A stretch of 64,000 nt of DNA from Verrucomicrobiia bacterium (GCA_963664225.1 OY760937.1:1568001-1632000), one strand, 5' to 3'; positions 37,879 through 48,561 are shown, counted from the stretch's first letter. Numbers and translations: made by a program. Notes: generated from the letters alone by a model not told the origin.

Positions 37879-40800
37879 ATGTCCCGGCTCGACGAGCAAT
37901 TGAGCGAACGGTTCCACCTCTGGGAACTGCGCGGACGTGGCTGGCAGGTCTTTCCCGAACCGGTGTATCCCGAGCCGCCTTTTACCCCGTTTCTCGGCCA
38001 TTATCTCCCCGATACCCCGCCAGTTGATGACGGAGCCAGGCCAACCTTTTTGAGTTCGCTGGTGCGGAAACTGAGCCGCACGTTAAGCACCGAGACTCCA
38101 CCGATTGCGGTTGCGCCCGAGCCCGAAATTGAACCGGAGCCAACGCCCCTCATTCGTGAATCGCTTGTGGAATTGCAGGCATCCCTCCCGGACAAACTCG
38201 ACATCTCCAAGGATGCTTTTGAACAGTTCCTTTTGAATCTGTCCCTCTGTCGCGAACCCATTGCCTTTGAACTGCTTGGCACGCACAAAAAAGTCACAAC
38301 CCAATTCGTCGCCGGTGCAACTGACGCCCCGCTCCTCCGCCGACAGTTGCAGGCATATTTTCCTGAAGCCGTCTTTGTCTCCCGTGAAGGTGGCTTGGAA
38401 CAGGCTTTGAATGCAAGCCAGGGCGACGAGGTTTTAGCGGTGGAGTTTGGCCTTAAAGAAGAATTCATGCTGCCTTTGGCAAGCGGCAAGCTTGATCCAT
38501 TCATCGGCATCGTGGGTGCCTTGGCTGAGTTGCAGCCCGGAGAACTCGGACTTTTCCAAGTCCTGTTTCAACCGGTGCAGCATCCCTGGGCGGAAAGCAT
38601 CCTGTATTCCGTGACTCACGCGGACGGCAAACCGTATTTCATCAATTCTCCAGAACTGGCAGGGGCAGCCAATGCCAAGGTTGCCCGTCCCCTTTACGCT
38701 GCCGTTGTCCGCATCCTGCTTCGCACCGGGGACTATGATCGTTTGCTCCAATTAGCCCGTGATCTGGCCGGATCATTGCGCGTATTCGCGCACCCCAGCG
38801 GCAACGAACTCATCCCGCTTCACAATGATGATTACCCTTTCGAGGACCACATTGAAGACGTGCTTCGTCGTCAGACGCACAGGACAGGCATGCTACTCAA
38901 CACCGACGAACTCATCGGCTTTGTCCACCTGCCATCAAGCGCCGTCCGTTCACCGGTCTTTGAGCGGCAAGCGGTCAAATCCAAGGCGGCACCGGCCATT
39001 ACCCGGCAACAAGGGCTATTGCTTGGTCATAACGACCATGCCGGCCAGACGGTTGAAGTCAGGTTGTCCGCTGAACAGCGCACCCGGCATACGCATATCA
39101 TCGGTGCCAGCGGCACAGGCAAGTCCACACTGCTTTTCAATCTCATCCGGCAGGACATTGAGAACGGTGAAGGCGTGGCCGTCCTTGATCCTCACGGGGA
39201 CTTGATAGACCGGATTTGTGGCATCATTCCGCCGGAGCGGATTTGCGACGTGGTGTTGCTTGATCCTTCGGACGAATCAAATTCGGTTGGATTCAATATC
39301 CTGTCGGCTCACAGCGATCTTGAGAAAAACCTGCTGGCCTCTGACTTGGTTGCCGTGTTCCAACGCCTCTCGTCTTCATGGGGCGACCAGATGAACAGCG
39401 TGCTCTCAAACGCCATTCTCGCGTTTCTGGAAAGCGACCGGCGTGGCACCATCGCTGATTTGCGCCGGTTCCTCATTGAAACGCCGTTTCGGAATGAGTT
39501 CCTCAAATCAGTGAAGGATTCCGAGATCGTATATTACTGGCAGAAAAGTTTTCCGCATCTCTCCGGCAACAAATCCATCGGTTCCATCCTGACCCGCTTG
39601 GACACCTTTCTGGCCCAAAAGCCCATCCGGCTCATGGTCTCACAGCCAGAGAACCGGCTGGACTTCGCGCATATCATGGACAGCGGGAAAATCTTCCTGG
39701 CCAAATTGCCAGAGGGATTGCTTGGCCGGGAAAATTCGTATCTGCTTGGCACCCTCCTCGTGTCCAAGTTCCAGCAGATTGCCATGAGTCGCCAGGCCCA
39801 ACAGATCGCCGCGCGCCGCGACTACTGGCTCTATATCGACGAGTTTGCCAATTTCATCACGCCCTCAATGGCGGAGATATTGTCGGGAGCACGCAAGTAT
39901 AGGATTGGGCTTACGTTGGCCCATCACGAATTACACCAGTTACAGAGGAATCCCGAAGTTGCCAGTGCTGTCATGTCGCATCCCTACACCCGCATCGTGT
40001 TCCGGGTTGGCGACGACGATGCCAAAAAACTGGCCGAGGGATTCTCATATTTCGAGGCCAGGGATTTGCGGAACTTGGAGGCCGGGCAGGCCATTGTTCG
40101 CGTGGAACGCAGCGATTTTGATTTCAATTTGTCGGTCCCGCTTCCAGTCGAGCCAGACAGGGACACAGCCATCCTCAGACGACAGGAAATCATTACCGTT
40201 TCAAGAAAAACGTACGGCACACCACGCGCCGACGTTGAGGCGATGTTCGCAAAATCGCATGAGAGTAAGACAACGATTGAACCCTCCATTGAAGCCCCTG
40301 CGCCAGCACCGACCAAGCCGGTCGCCAAAACACCGAAAGCGACCATAATTCCAGAGGCAGCAGCAGCGCCACCGCCCCCTGTTGTGATCCAGCCGCCACC
40401 AGTTACGGAAAAACCGAAAGCGATGGCATCGCCAGTCAAGGTTGAGACCCAACCTCCGGTTGTTAACCGTCCACAGGAAACACGCGATCTGGGCCGGGGC
40501 GGAGCGCAGCATCAGGCCATACAGAAACGCATCAAAGAGGCGGCGGAGAAACTTGGTTTCCGCAGCGTCATTGAAAAACCGATTCTCGGTGGTCAGGGCA
40601 GTATCGATTTGTGGCTGGAACGCCCTGGCCAAACCATCGCCTGCGAAGTTTCCATTTCCACCACCATTGACCATGAGGTTGGCAATGTCGCGAAAGGTCT
40701 GAAGGCTGGAGTCCTCAACGTGGCGGTAATTTGCCTGGATGAAGAGCGTTTGCGGAAGATCGAGGCGGCGGTTTCCGGCAGTCTTGGCCCTGAACTCGCG

Positions 40801-41025
40801 GCACAAGTGGTGTATTTCCAGCCCGATTCGTTTATCGCCCATTTGAAATCGTTACCGCTGCCGGTCCCCAAGGATTCCACAACCATTCGTCGGGGGTATA
40901 AAATACGACGCTCGGCACCGGCGCTTACCGCCGAGGAACAAAAGCAACGCGAAGACCTGGCCAATCAAATGATGGCCGAGGCTATGCAGCAGAAGCGCAA
41001 GGCTCATTCAAAGAAGATTCAATAA
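37879..41025 (+). CDS. Large VirD4/TraD-like ATPase with Pro-rich linker and C-terminal restriction-endonuclease-like domain
   Basis: HTHIIGASGTGKS, LDPHGDL, LYIDEF, ARKYRIG; C-terminal GRGGAQHQ...IDLWLE...IACEVS. Confidence 0.85.
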   Translation: MSRLDEQLSERFHLWELRGRGWQVFPEPVYPEPPFTPFLGHYLPDTPPVDDGARPTFLSSLVRKLSRTLSTETPPIAVAPEPEIEPEPTPLIRESLVELQASLPDKLDISKDAFEQFLLNLSLCREPIAFELLGTHKKVTTQFVAGATDAPLLRRQLQAYFPEAVFVSREGGLEQALNASQGDEVLAVEFGLKEEFMLPLASGKLDPFIGIVGALAELQPGELGLFQVLFQPVQHPWAESILYSVTHADGKPYFINSPELAGAANAKVARPLYAAVVRILLRTGDYDRLLQLARDLAGSLRVFAHPSGNELIPLHNDDYPFEDHIEDVLRRQTHRTGMLLNTDELIGFVHLPSSAVRSPVFERQAVKSKAAPAITRQQGLLLGHNDHAGQTVEVRLSAEQRTRHTHIIGASGTGKSTLLFNLIRQDIENGEGVAVLDPHGDLIDRICGIIPPERICDVVLLDPSDESNSVGFNILSAHSDLEKNLLASDLVAVFQRLSSSWGDQMNSVLSNAILAFLESDRRGTIADLRRFLIETPFRNEFLKSVKDSEIVYYWQKSFPHLSGNKSIGSILTRLDTFLAQKPIRLMVSQPENRLDFAHIMDSGKIFLAKLPEGLLGRENSYLLGTLLVSKFQQIAMSRQAQQIAARRDYWLYIDEFANFITPSMAEILSGARKYRIGLTLAHHELHQLQRNPEVASAVMSHPYTRIVFRVGDDDAKKLAEGFSYFEARDLRNLEAGQAIVRVERSDFDFNLSVPLPVEPDRDTAILRRQEIITVSRKTYGTPRADVEAMFAKSHESKTTIEPSIEAPAPAPTKPVAKTPKATIIPEAAAAPPPPVVIQPPPVTEKPKAMASPVKVETQPPVVNRPQETRDLGRGGAQHQAIQKRIKEAAEKLGFRSVIEKPILGGQGSIDLWLERPGQTIACEVSISTTIDHEVGNVAKGLKAGVLNVAVICLDEERLRKIEAAVSGSLGPELAAQVVYFQPDSFIAHLKSLPLPVPKDSTTIRRGYKIRRSAPALTAEEQKQREDLANQMMAEAMQQKRKAHSKKIQ

Positions 41026-41452
41026 AGGCTGCAAAATCTTGATTTTGCAGCAGTTTGACTGAGGTCCAAACTGCGTTTGGAATGGGCAGGGAGAAAAACA
41101 TTTTCACATCCCGTCGCAAGCCGTCCTGTTTGGCCAGAAGTTCGTCCTGAATGGCTTCATGCACACTGTTTGTGTGGGAAATGACCATGGTGACGAACAA
41201 CTTTTCCTCTGGCGTGACGGGCTGGCTTTCCAAATCCACTGACGGATCGAGTACGCGGGCCAGTTTTGGTTGATGGAGGAATTCTTTCCATACATCACGG
41301 TAATTAGCGGTGATGGCCAGGAGATTGGCAATTCGACGGGTCTTGGTTTCCGAATGAAGTGAGACAGCCGTAAACAAAAGGCTGCCGACAATGCCGACTG
41401 TGCTTAATAGATCGAACCAATTTTGAACAACCCATTGTCCCATGTCCCCCAT
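40982..41452 (-). CDS. Membrane-anchored helical protein (DUF6082/DUF4760-like)
   Basis: N-terminal TM (LLSTVGIVGSLLFTAVSL) then helical domain; 3' end overlaps the ATPase stop convergently. Confidence 0.65.
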   Translation of the reverse strand: MGDMGQWVVQNWFDLLSTVGIVGSLLFTAVSLHSETKTRRIANLLAITANYRDVWKEFLHQPKLARVLDPSVDLESQPVTPEEKLFVTMVISHTNSVHEAIQDELLAKQDGLRRDVKMFFSLPIPNAVWTSVKLLQNQDFAAFIESSLNEPCASAA

Positions 41453-41477
41453 TTTAGCATATGGGGGCCAGGAAACG

Positions 41478-41723
41478 CTATGGACGGTCGGGGATATCGT
41501 GCTTGGCGTTGACCAAGAGATTGCGCGGCAACCGGATGATTCGTTCATCGGGACCACAGCCCGCCGTTCGTGGCAATTTGGCGATGGCAGCAGCCGTGAT
41601 GTCGATACCGATCACTGCGAAATCGCCATTTTCAAGTTCCCAAATATCTGGGCAACCCCAGCAGCCAACCGTTTGGGCACCGTTGGCATGAGGGTCTGGG
41701 CCAATGCGTTTCTTAAAGTTCAT
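41478..41723 (-). CDS. Small conserved hypothetical protein
   Basis: GGAGG RBS; GCPDIWELENGDFAVIG...CGPDERII. Confidence 0.75.
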   Translation of the reverse strand: MNFKKRIGPDPHANGAQTVGCWGCPDIWELENGDFAVIGIDITAAAIAKLPRTAGCGPDERIIRLPRNLLVNAKHDIPDRP

Positions 41724-41733
41724 ACCTCCACTA

Positions 41734-41753
41734 TACTTGACTATAGTAAAGTA
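41734..41753. promoter_or_regulatory. Palindromic operator between divergent genes
   Basis: TACTTGACTATAGTAAAGTA, one mismatched pair. Confidence 0.6.
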
Positions 41754-41786
41754 ACTGTCAAGCCGCATTTTGGATAAAGTTCAAAT

Positions 41787-42044
41787 GTGCCAAAAATCGG
41801 CCATTACGAAGCCGTCAGTGCGGAGATCATTCGCCTTTTGCGTGAGGAGCGCGAAACGCGCAAGATCACGAACTATATGGTCGCGCAGAAATCCGGCGTT
41901 TCTGAATCCATGTTAAGCCTTGTGGATCGAGGACTTCGGAATCCTTCCATGGAAATCATTTTACGGATCGCTGATGCCGTCGAAGCAGATCTTCCTGCCT
42001 TGATCAAAAAAGCCCATACCACCGTTTCGAGCAAAGAAAAGTGA
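41787..42044 (+). CDS. XRE-family HTH regulator
   Basis: LLREERE...VAQKSGVSESMLSLVDRGLRNPSMEIILRIADA. Confidence 0.85.
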   Translation: MPKIGHYEAVSAEIIRLLREERETRKITNYMVAQKSGVSESMLSLVDRGLRNPSMEIILRIADAVEADLPALIKKAHTTVSSKEK

Positions 42045-42073
42045 GCTGTTTTCAGATCGAATCGCTCTACGTT

Positions 42074-42298
42074 TCAATTTGGAATAACGGGCCTGACGTT
42101 TTGGCATCTGAACATTTCAATGATCTTGATGCGCAGTTTGGTGAGGCTCAAAAACGGATATTCCTCAGCTTGATGAATGGCGCTCTTGGTAACACCCAGT
42201 TGCCGTGCAACTTCTGCTTTAGATATGCGCGCCTGTATTCGGGCTGCCTTTGCCAAGGATGCCAGTTCATTCTCTTCCAACAATCGTTTTTGCCGCAC
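42074..42298 (-). CDS. Small HTH protein divergent from the recombinase
   Basis: GTG start; AKAARIQARISKAEVARQLGVTKSAIHQAE. Confidence 0.55.
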   Translation of the reverse strand: MRQKRLLEENELASLAKAARIQARISKAEVARQLGVTKSAIHQAEEYPFLSLTKLRIKIIEMFRCQNVRPVIPN

Positions 42299-42380
42299 GA
42301 ACCGATTCAACCACAATGGGTAACGCGAGGAAATGCTATTCTCTTGAAACGAGATTGGCTTTTCAATATGAAGTAGTGCT

Positions 42381-43883
42381 ATGAAGGACCATAGTGCCTT
42401 GAATAAACCGGTGGGCATCTGGATTCGCGTTTCCACAGAGGATCAAGCCCAAGGTGAGAGCCCGCAACATCACGAGTCTCGTGCCAGAGAATACGCCAAA
42501 TTCAACGACTGGTCGGTGAAAGAGGTTTACAATCTCGCGGGCGTCTCAGGCAAGACGGTCATGGAGCATCCCGAAGCCAAACGAATGCTCGCTGATATAA
42601 AGCGAGGCCACATCACCGGCCTCATTTTTTCCAAACTCGCCCGTCTGGCAAGAAACACCAGGGAGCTCTTGGATTTCGCTGATTTCTTCCGTGAGCAGCA
42701 TGCCGATATGATCTCGATCCAAGAAAAGATCGATACGAGCACCCCTGCCGGTCGCCTTTTTTACACAATGATCGCCGCTCTCTCTCAGTGGGAACGGGAA
42801 GAAATTGCGGATCGGGTCAAAGCATCAATCAAAACGCGAGCTAAACTTGGGAAAAGTTTGGGTGGCCCTGCCCCATTTGGTTATATGTGGAAGAATAACA
42901 GGCTCATTCCTGATCCTGCCGAAGTGCCAATCCGCAAACTCATGTATGAACTCTTTGCGGAACAGAAACGTCTTAAAGGCGTCGCTCGCCACTTGAACCA
43001 ATCTGGTTATAGAACCAGAAAAGGTGCCCACTTCACGGATACGACCGTTCTGCGACTCATCCAAGACTCAACCGCCAAAGGAATATATCGGGCAAACCAC
43101 ACTTACAGGGACAACAAGGGTAAACTCCGTACAAAACCTGAATCCGATTGGATTCAAACACCTGTAGAACCAATCATTTCAATAGAGCTTTGGGATCAAT
43201 GCAATGAATTGCTGGAAAAGCGCAAAACCATGCGTCCCCTTGGCCCTAAACCAGTCCACCTTTTTGCTGGTCTTCTGTATTGTGGCTGCGGTCAGAAAAT
43301 GTATGTGTTTTCGCGTACGCTAAAATACATCTGCCACAAATGCCGCAACAAGATCCCCATGGAAGACATTGAGGCAATTTTCCGGGAGGAGCTTGAAGAT
43401 TTCTTTGTATCAAAAGAAAAAATCACAGCTCACTTGGCGAGTGGCAACGTTCACCTTGCCGACAAGAAAGAGCGGCTGATGGTCCATGAACGACAATTGG
43501 AAAAGATCAGAGTGGAAATGCGCAAAGTTTACCAACTCTACCAAAATGATCAAATTGACCCCGAAGGCTTCGGAAAACTGTATCGCCCATTGGAAGACCA
43601 AGAACGATCGCTTGGTATTGAATTAGCGAAATTACAGGGCGAGCTGGCAGCCCTCCAAATGCACCAATTGTCTGCCGACGAAGTGATCACCGAAGCCATC
43701 GATCTTCACCGACAATGGCCAAAGTTCACTCAAAATGAAAAACGCCGAATCATCGAAAGTATCACTGAAAAGATTGTAGTGAGCGGCGACGAAATAAACA
43801 TAACCCTCTGCTATATGCCATCTTGTGAAGAACTCACAAAAAGGCAACGAAACCTCTGGGATTCATCGCCGCAATCAGCATGA
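42381..43883 (+). CDS. Large serine recombinase (integrase)
   Basis: WIRVSTEDQ catalytic Ser, SGK, RLARN, recombinase domain (APFGY), zinc ribbon (LYCGCG...YICHKC), coiled coil. Confidence 0.95.
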   Translation: MKDHSALNKPVGIWIRVSTEDQAQGESPQHHESRAREYAKFNDWSVKEVYNLAGVSGKTVMEHPEAKRMLADIKRGHITGLIFSKLARLARNTRELLDFADFFREQHADMISIQEKIDTSTPAGRLFYTMIAALSQWEREEIADRVKASIKTRAKLGKSLGGPAPFGYMWKNNRLIPDPAEVPIRKLMYELFAEQKRLKGVARHLNQSGYRTRKGAHFTDTTVLRLIQDSTAKGIYRANHTYRDNKGKLRTKPESDWIQTPVEPIISIELWDQCNELLEKRKTMRPLGPKPVHLFAGLLYCGCGQKMYVFSRTLKYICHKCRNKIPMEDIEAIFREELEDFFVSKEKITAHLASGNVHLADKKERLMVHERQLEKIRVEMRKVYQLYQNDQIDPEGFGKLYRPLEDQERSLGIELAKLQGELAALQMHQLSADEVITEAIDLHRQWPKFTQNEKRRIIESITEKIVVSGDEINITLCYMPSCEELTKRQRNLWDSSPQSA

Positions 43884-44910
43884 ATTGTGATGGGAATGTC
43901 ATGGACCCCGCGGCGCGCGAAATGGTGACGCACCCCTCTTCCAAAGGCTGACGCAAGGTCTCCAGAACGTTGCGTTTGAACTCCGGCAATTCGTCCAAAA
44001 AGAGCACGCCATGATGCGCGATGGAAATTTCCCCGGGCGTCGGATTGATGTTGCCTCCGAGCAATCCGGCATCGCTGACCGTATGATGGGGGGCTCGAAA
44101 AGGACGCTTGGTAAGCAACGCCTGTCCCGGCGGAAGGATGCCCACGATGCTGTGAATCTTGGTCGTCTCCAGGGCTTCCTCCAGCGTCAACGGCGGCAGT
44201 ATGGACGGCAGCCGCTTGGTCAACATCGATTTGCCCGTCCCCGGCGGCCCAATGAGAAGCGCGTTATGCCCGCCTGCGGCGGCGATTTCCAGGGCGCGCT
44301 TCACCGATTCCTGCCCTTTCACATCCGCAAAATCCAATTCATCTTCCACCGGTTGGGCGAAGAGCGCGGCGATATCCACACGCGTGGGCGGAATTTGGAG
44401 ACGCCCCTCGAGAAACTCCGCAGCCTCGCGCAAGTTGTGAACGCCAATCACACACAACCCCTCCACCACCGCCGCTTCGAGCGCATTTTCAGCGGGCACC
44501 AACACCCCGGCCTTGCCTTCAGCCCGCGCGCGCAGCGCCACTGGCAGAACCCCCTTGACCGCGCGCACGCCACCCGTCAGCGCCAGTTCACCCACAATCG
44601 CGAAATTCTCCAACTGGTCCGTCTCGATTTGTTCGCTCGCGGAAAGCAGGCCCAGGGCAATGGGCAGATCGAAGCTCGGACCCTCCTTCTTCACATCGGC
44701 GGGCGCCAGGTTGATCGTGATCCGCCCCATCGGAAACGTGAACCCGGAATTGGCCATTGCAGTCGCCACCCGATCCCGCGATTCCTTCACCGCGGCATCA
44801 GGCAGCCCTACAATCACCACCAGGGTATCACCAAAGCCCGCATTGACCTCCACCTCTATGGGATAGGCGTCAATACCGGCCAGCGCCGCCGAACAAACCT
44901 TGGCCAACAT
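43858..44910 (-). pseudogene. comM: ComM/YifB Mg-chelatase-like AAA+ ATPase, 5' part interrupted after AAMNP
   Basis: [58 protein letters not shown], then unrelated sequence and stop. Confidence 0.92.
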
Positions 44911-45020
44911 GGAAAAGATTTATGCGCAAACCCAAGCCCTTGCGCAATGGAATAATGGCGTAGGCCCGAGCGTAGGACGCATGAATACGGCCTGCCCAGA
45001 GAAATTAAGCGCGCGTTCTG

Positions 45021-45058
45021 TCACTCTCGTCCCGCGAGGCACGAGCGGGAGAGTGGGA
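45021..45058. repeat. REP-like GC-rich hairpin
   Basis: CACTCTC...CCGCGAGGCACGAGCGGGAGAGTG intergenic stem. Confidence 0.4.
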
Positions 45059-45127
45059 TCCGTGGCCGACGACAGAGCAATCAGTATAGGACCTCGGTCC
45101 GCTCGATGGTCTGATTAGGCGTTTTCA

Positions 45128-47998
45128 TTATTCGGCATCCGGGGCGGTCTGTTGGAGGCGCTTTAGGTCCTGAAGTTCCACCGGGTCATTTACATAACCA
45201 TTATTGAACCAGGAGACTGGCGCCGGTCCTTTCCACTTCCAGTATTCCGCATGGTTATCGGCAAAAACCAGCACGCAGCCGTGCTGGTGCCGTCGAGCCG
45301 GGAGGTCCATCCATACGTCCATTTTGGAGGCATACAGAAGACCGCCATTGTTGATTCCGTTCTCATCCTCATCGAGAAAAGTGAGGGTCTTCGATGGATG
45401 TCGTATCTCGCTGAATTTCGCCAGCGGAAAAACCATGTAGTTGCTCACGCAGTCGTCTCCCGCCATGTAGATGCTCAACGACACGCTACGCAGCCTGGGT
45501 GTGCTGGTATCCTCGACGCACGTATGGTCGGATGGGCAACGGTAAATTTGGAGCGACTGCGCGTACGGGAAGAGCGTGCCCTTTTTGATCGTTGTCGGAT
45601 CCGCGTCATGGGTGGCACTGCCGGTGACCCAGCTGCCGACCGGGCTGCGGTGGACGCCGGTGTCAACGCTGTCCAGGTTGAGCGCCAGCCGGTCGGCGTT
45701 GTCTGGGGCATAAAGCGTCCATGCCAGTCCAAGCTGTCGTTGATTGCTGAGGCATTTGGTTCTGGCGGCTTGTCCTTTTGCCGATGATAACGCGGGCAGC
45801 AGCAATGACGCCAGGATGGCTATGATCGCAATGACCACAAGCAGTTCAACCAGGGTAAAACCAGGGTCCGAACGGATGCCGGTGCCACGCGAAAACGTCG
45901 GCGGGCGGGTTTGCGACGGTAGCGGCTTCGCGCCAGAGTGGGTGGAATCGAGTACCATATCGTTCCCGGACCCGGGATGCGTGATGGGGGATTCAGGCCG
46001 GTTTTTTACCGCCCAGAAAAACAGGATTCCGGCGCCAGTCGTTAATGCGAGGATCCACAGCGCAGTGATGGACGCACTTGGTCCCGGGAGACCGTCCGCC
46101 TCGGCTACGTAAGTTTGGTAAGTGATGTTCTGGCGGGTCAACTCTCCCAGGGTGAATTCGTTCGCGGGCGCAATGAAGTCCGGAGTGCGAAGGTCGGAGA
46201 TCCACAGTTTTCTGGAACCATCCATATACTCGAACACTTCGAATCGGGCGTTTTTGTGCCGGGCGACGATGCCCGGTACGCGATCGGCGGAGATGGTGCG
46301 CACCTTCCAGTCCATGGTTACCCCCAGAAAAACGGCCAGTGCGACCATTCCGCACGCGGCCAATGCGGCAAAAGCTTTATCCACACGATGTTCATTAATC
46401 AGGTCCGTGGCGGAGAGCGGTCCGGATTGGCGATCATGACTTCCGCGCAACAATGTCACCGCGCCAGCCACGAGGATGAACCAGCAGAATGGAATCAGCA
46501 GCCACACGGACCACCACCCTGGACGCGTCATGCTGAGCAGGGGCGCATCCCGGTTTTCAACCTGCGTCTCATGGCTGATTCCCTTCTCGGCCAGCAAGGC
46601 CATCGTGGTGTTCTCTGCCGGAGCGACGAACGGGGTCACCTTCCTATTCTCCAGCAGATCACCATGGAGCGTGCGGACTCCTCTGGCATTTTGGAGCAGC
46701 TTAAAGCGGAATTTCCCCACCTGCGAATCGGCGATACGGCTTTGTATTTCACTGGTGGACATGTAGCGAGGTACCGGAAAGTGCGTGGAAGAAATGCGAC
46801 TGGACGCCCAGCAGAAAAGGCCCAAATAAAAGAGAGCCACTGTCATGGCCGTCATCGCCCAGGCAGTGATGAATTTTGGAGATGGTCTGGAGATGGAACC
46901 GTCTTTAACCCCTTCAGGAACGGTTCGACATCTTCGTTGCCAAATCCAGATGCCAAGGGATAGCGGCACCACCCCAAACATAAAGATCGGCAGACAGACG
47001 TTCAGCCAAATATTCAACGTTATTAAGCCTCTGGCCGCGGATAGACCGGTCACTTTGGCGAGCGAGACCGTCCCTAGCGGAAGGAGACAAAAGAAAAAGG
47101 ACATGCTGATTCCCATATTGCGCCAAAAAGTGGCTACAGACCGACGCGCCCGCTCACTATTCCGACTATCCCCTCCCATTTTAAATCCAATGTATCCACC
47201 TAAGGACAAAGCCGCGACAACCCAGCCAATCATGCCCATGACAAAATTGGCAACGGTTTGCAGAAACCCGACGGAGCTCGTTGTCTTGGCGGCCACGCTA
47301 CCATGTTGCGCCAGCGCCGTGCCGGCCGTCGCCGCCTTGGCGGTCGTGGCCAGCAGGGGCAGAGCCGCAATCACTCCGAACGTGAAGTCCTTGCCCGGAC
47401 GGGTTTGCTTCAACGCACCGGCGACAAACGCGAGGAATTCTTCCTGCAGGAGTTTTCGCCCGCGGGATAGTCGTTGTTTTACCGCATCCTCGCTGAGACC
47501 TAAATCCTGCGCCACGGCCCCGATGGATTGTTGTTCGCGATAGAACAACACCAACGGCTCGCGATAAATTTCCGGGATGCGTTCGAGCGAGCGCCAAAGA
47601 ATCGCCTTTTCCTCGTCGCTGATGACTTGATCGAAAGGCAGCGGTTCTGGTGAGACCCATTCGTCCATTGCCTCCAGAGATTCAGCGGCATGATCCGGCT
47701 CCCGTCCCTGGCGTCGAAACTCTTTGCTGATAAGCGAACGCGCAATGCTGCACAGCCAGGGCCGCAACTTGGATGGTTCACGCAATTCTGAAAGCTGCTT
47801 CCAGGCCGCCACAAAGGTCTCCTGGGCCAGGTCTTCGCTCCGGCTCACGTCACCAGTGGCACAGTACGCCAGCGACGAAATCAAGATTTGATAGCGTTCA
47901 ACAATCAGCCGGAAGTGATCCCGATTCCCGCTCAGGCTCTCGGCCACTAGCTCGGCGTCGTTGATATCTCCCCTCTGCATCGCTTCGCTCGTCATCAT
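45128..47998 (-). CDS. ECF sigma-70 factor fused to a multi-TM region and a C-terminal prepilin/DUF1559 domain
   Basis: Sigma2 ([11 protein letters not shown]), sigma4 ([10 protein letters not shown]), several TM helices, internal [46 protein letters not shown]. Confidence 0.85.
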   Translation of the reverse strand: MMTSEAMQRGDINDAELVAESLSGNRDHFRLIVERYQILISSLAYCATGDVSRSEDLAQETFVAAWKQLSELREPSKLRPWLCSIARSLISKEFRRQGREPDHAAESLEAMDEWVSPEPLPFDQVISDEEKAILWRSLERIPEIYREPLVLFYREQQSIGAVAQDLGLSEDAVKQRLSRGRKLLQEEFLAFVAGALKQTRPGKDFTFGVIAALPLLATTAKAATAGTALAQHGSVAAKTTSSVGFLQTVANFVMGMIGWVVAALSLGGYIGFKMGGDSRNSERARRSVATFWRNMGISMSFFFCLLPLGTVSLAKVTGLSAARGLITLNIWLNVCLPIFMFGVVPLSLGIWIWQRRCRTVPEGVKDGSISRPSPKFITAWAMTAMTVALFYLGLFCWASSRISSTHFPVPRYMSTSEIQSRIADSQVGKFRFKLLQNARGVRTLHGDLLENRKVTPFVAPAENTTMALLAEKGISHETQVENRDAPLLSMTRPGWWSVWLLIPFCWFILVAGAVTLLRGSHDRQSGPLSATDLINEHRVDKAFAALAACGMVALAVFLGVTMDWKVRTISADRVPGIVARHKNARFEVFEYMDGSRKLWISDLRTPDFIAPANEFTLGELTRQNITYQTYVAEADGLPGPSASITALWILALTTGAGILFFWAVKNRPESPITHPGSGNDMVLDSTHSGAKPLPSQTRPPTFSRGTGIRSDPGFTLVELLVVIAIIAILASLLLPALSSAKGQAARTKCLSNQRQLGLAWTLYAPDNADRLALNLDSVDTGVHRSPVGSWVTGSATHDADPTTIKKGTLFPYAQSLQIYRCPSDHTCVEDTSTPRLRSVSLSIYMAGDDCVSNYMVFPLAKFSEIRHPSKTLTFLDEDENGINNGGLLYASKMDVWMDLPARRHQHGCVLVFADNHAEYWKWKGPAPVSWFNNGYVNDPVELQDLKRLQQTAPDAE

Positions 47999-48007
47999 AT
48001 CACCCTG

Positions 48008-48037
48008 TAAGAACCCGAAAAGCCTCATGAGGTGACA
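48008..48037 (-). promoter_or_regulatory. Putative ECF autoregulatory promoter
   Basis: Minus strand TGTCAC...TCTTA just upstream of the ATG. Confidence 0.35.
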
Positions 48038-48060
48038 AACAATCGAAGAATCCGCTCCCT

Positions 48061-48240
48061 GGAAAACGCGAACCCGGAATTGGCCATCGCGGTCGCCACC
48101 CGATCCCGCGCTTCCTTCACCGCGGCATCAGGCAGCCCCACAATCACCACCAGGGTATCTCCAAAGCCCGCATTGACCTCGACTTCAATCGGACAGGCAT
48201 CGACGCCGTTCACAGCGGCGGAAAAAACCCGGGCTAACAT
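48061..48240 (-). pseudogene. comM: Second comM 5' fragment (about 60 codons)
   Basis: [59 protein letters not shown]. Confidence 0.9.
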
Positions 48241-48561
48241 AGGGGCGATTCTGGGGAAAAGCAGGGATTCGGAAAGGACAAAGTAGCAGGCGGGGGATGG
48301 CCACAAAAATGCACAAATGGTGCAAGAAATAAGAGGAATGCAAAGGAACCCAGAAAAGCGAGGGTTCAGTCGCTGGGAAAAACGCCCGACGCCATGGTCC
48401 AACCTTGTTCCCATATCCCACTTGCCTGCTTGTTCTGGGAGTTCTGAACAACCCTAACTGGTGAACTTTAGCATACATCAAAAACGAGGACACTTGCTTG
48501 AATCCGACAAAGGGCTCGGTATTCTTCCGGTTGGTGCGGCCTTACTAGCCGCCAGAACAAA

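Larger units (their letters stand above)
29875..43860. mobile_element. Core of an integrative mobilisable/conjugative-like element inserted in comM; left boundary not found
   Basis: Serine recombinase abutting truncated comM; Replic_Relax-type protein, two VirD4-like ATPases, primase, ArdC, RadC, HTH regulators. Confidence 0.85.

Noticed and set aside
30315..43883. Prophage interpretation of the mobile core
   Set aside because: No terminase, capsid, portal, tail or lysis genes
48295..48350. Low-complexity intergenic repeats (also about 50545-50575, 51435-51455, 56835-56870)
   Set aside because: Look like ordinary REP-like sequences; boundaries and consensus cannot be set from this window
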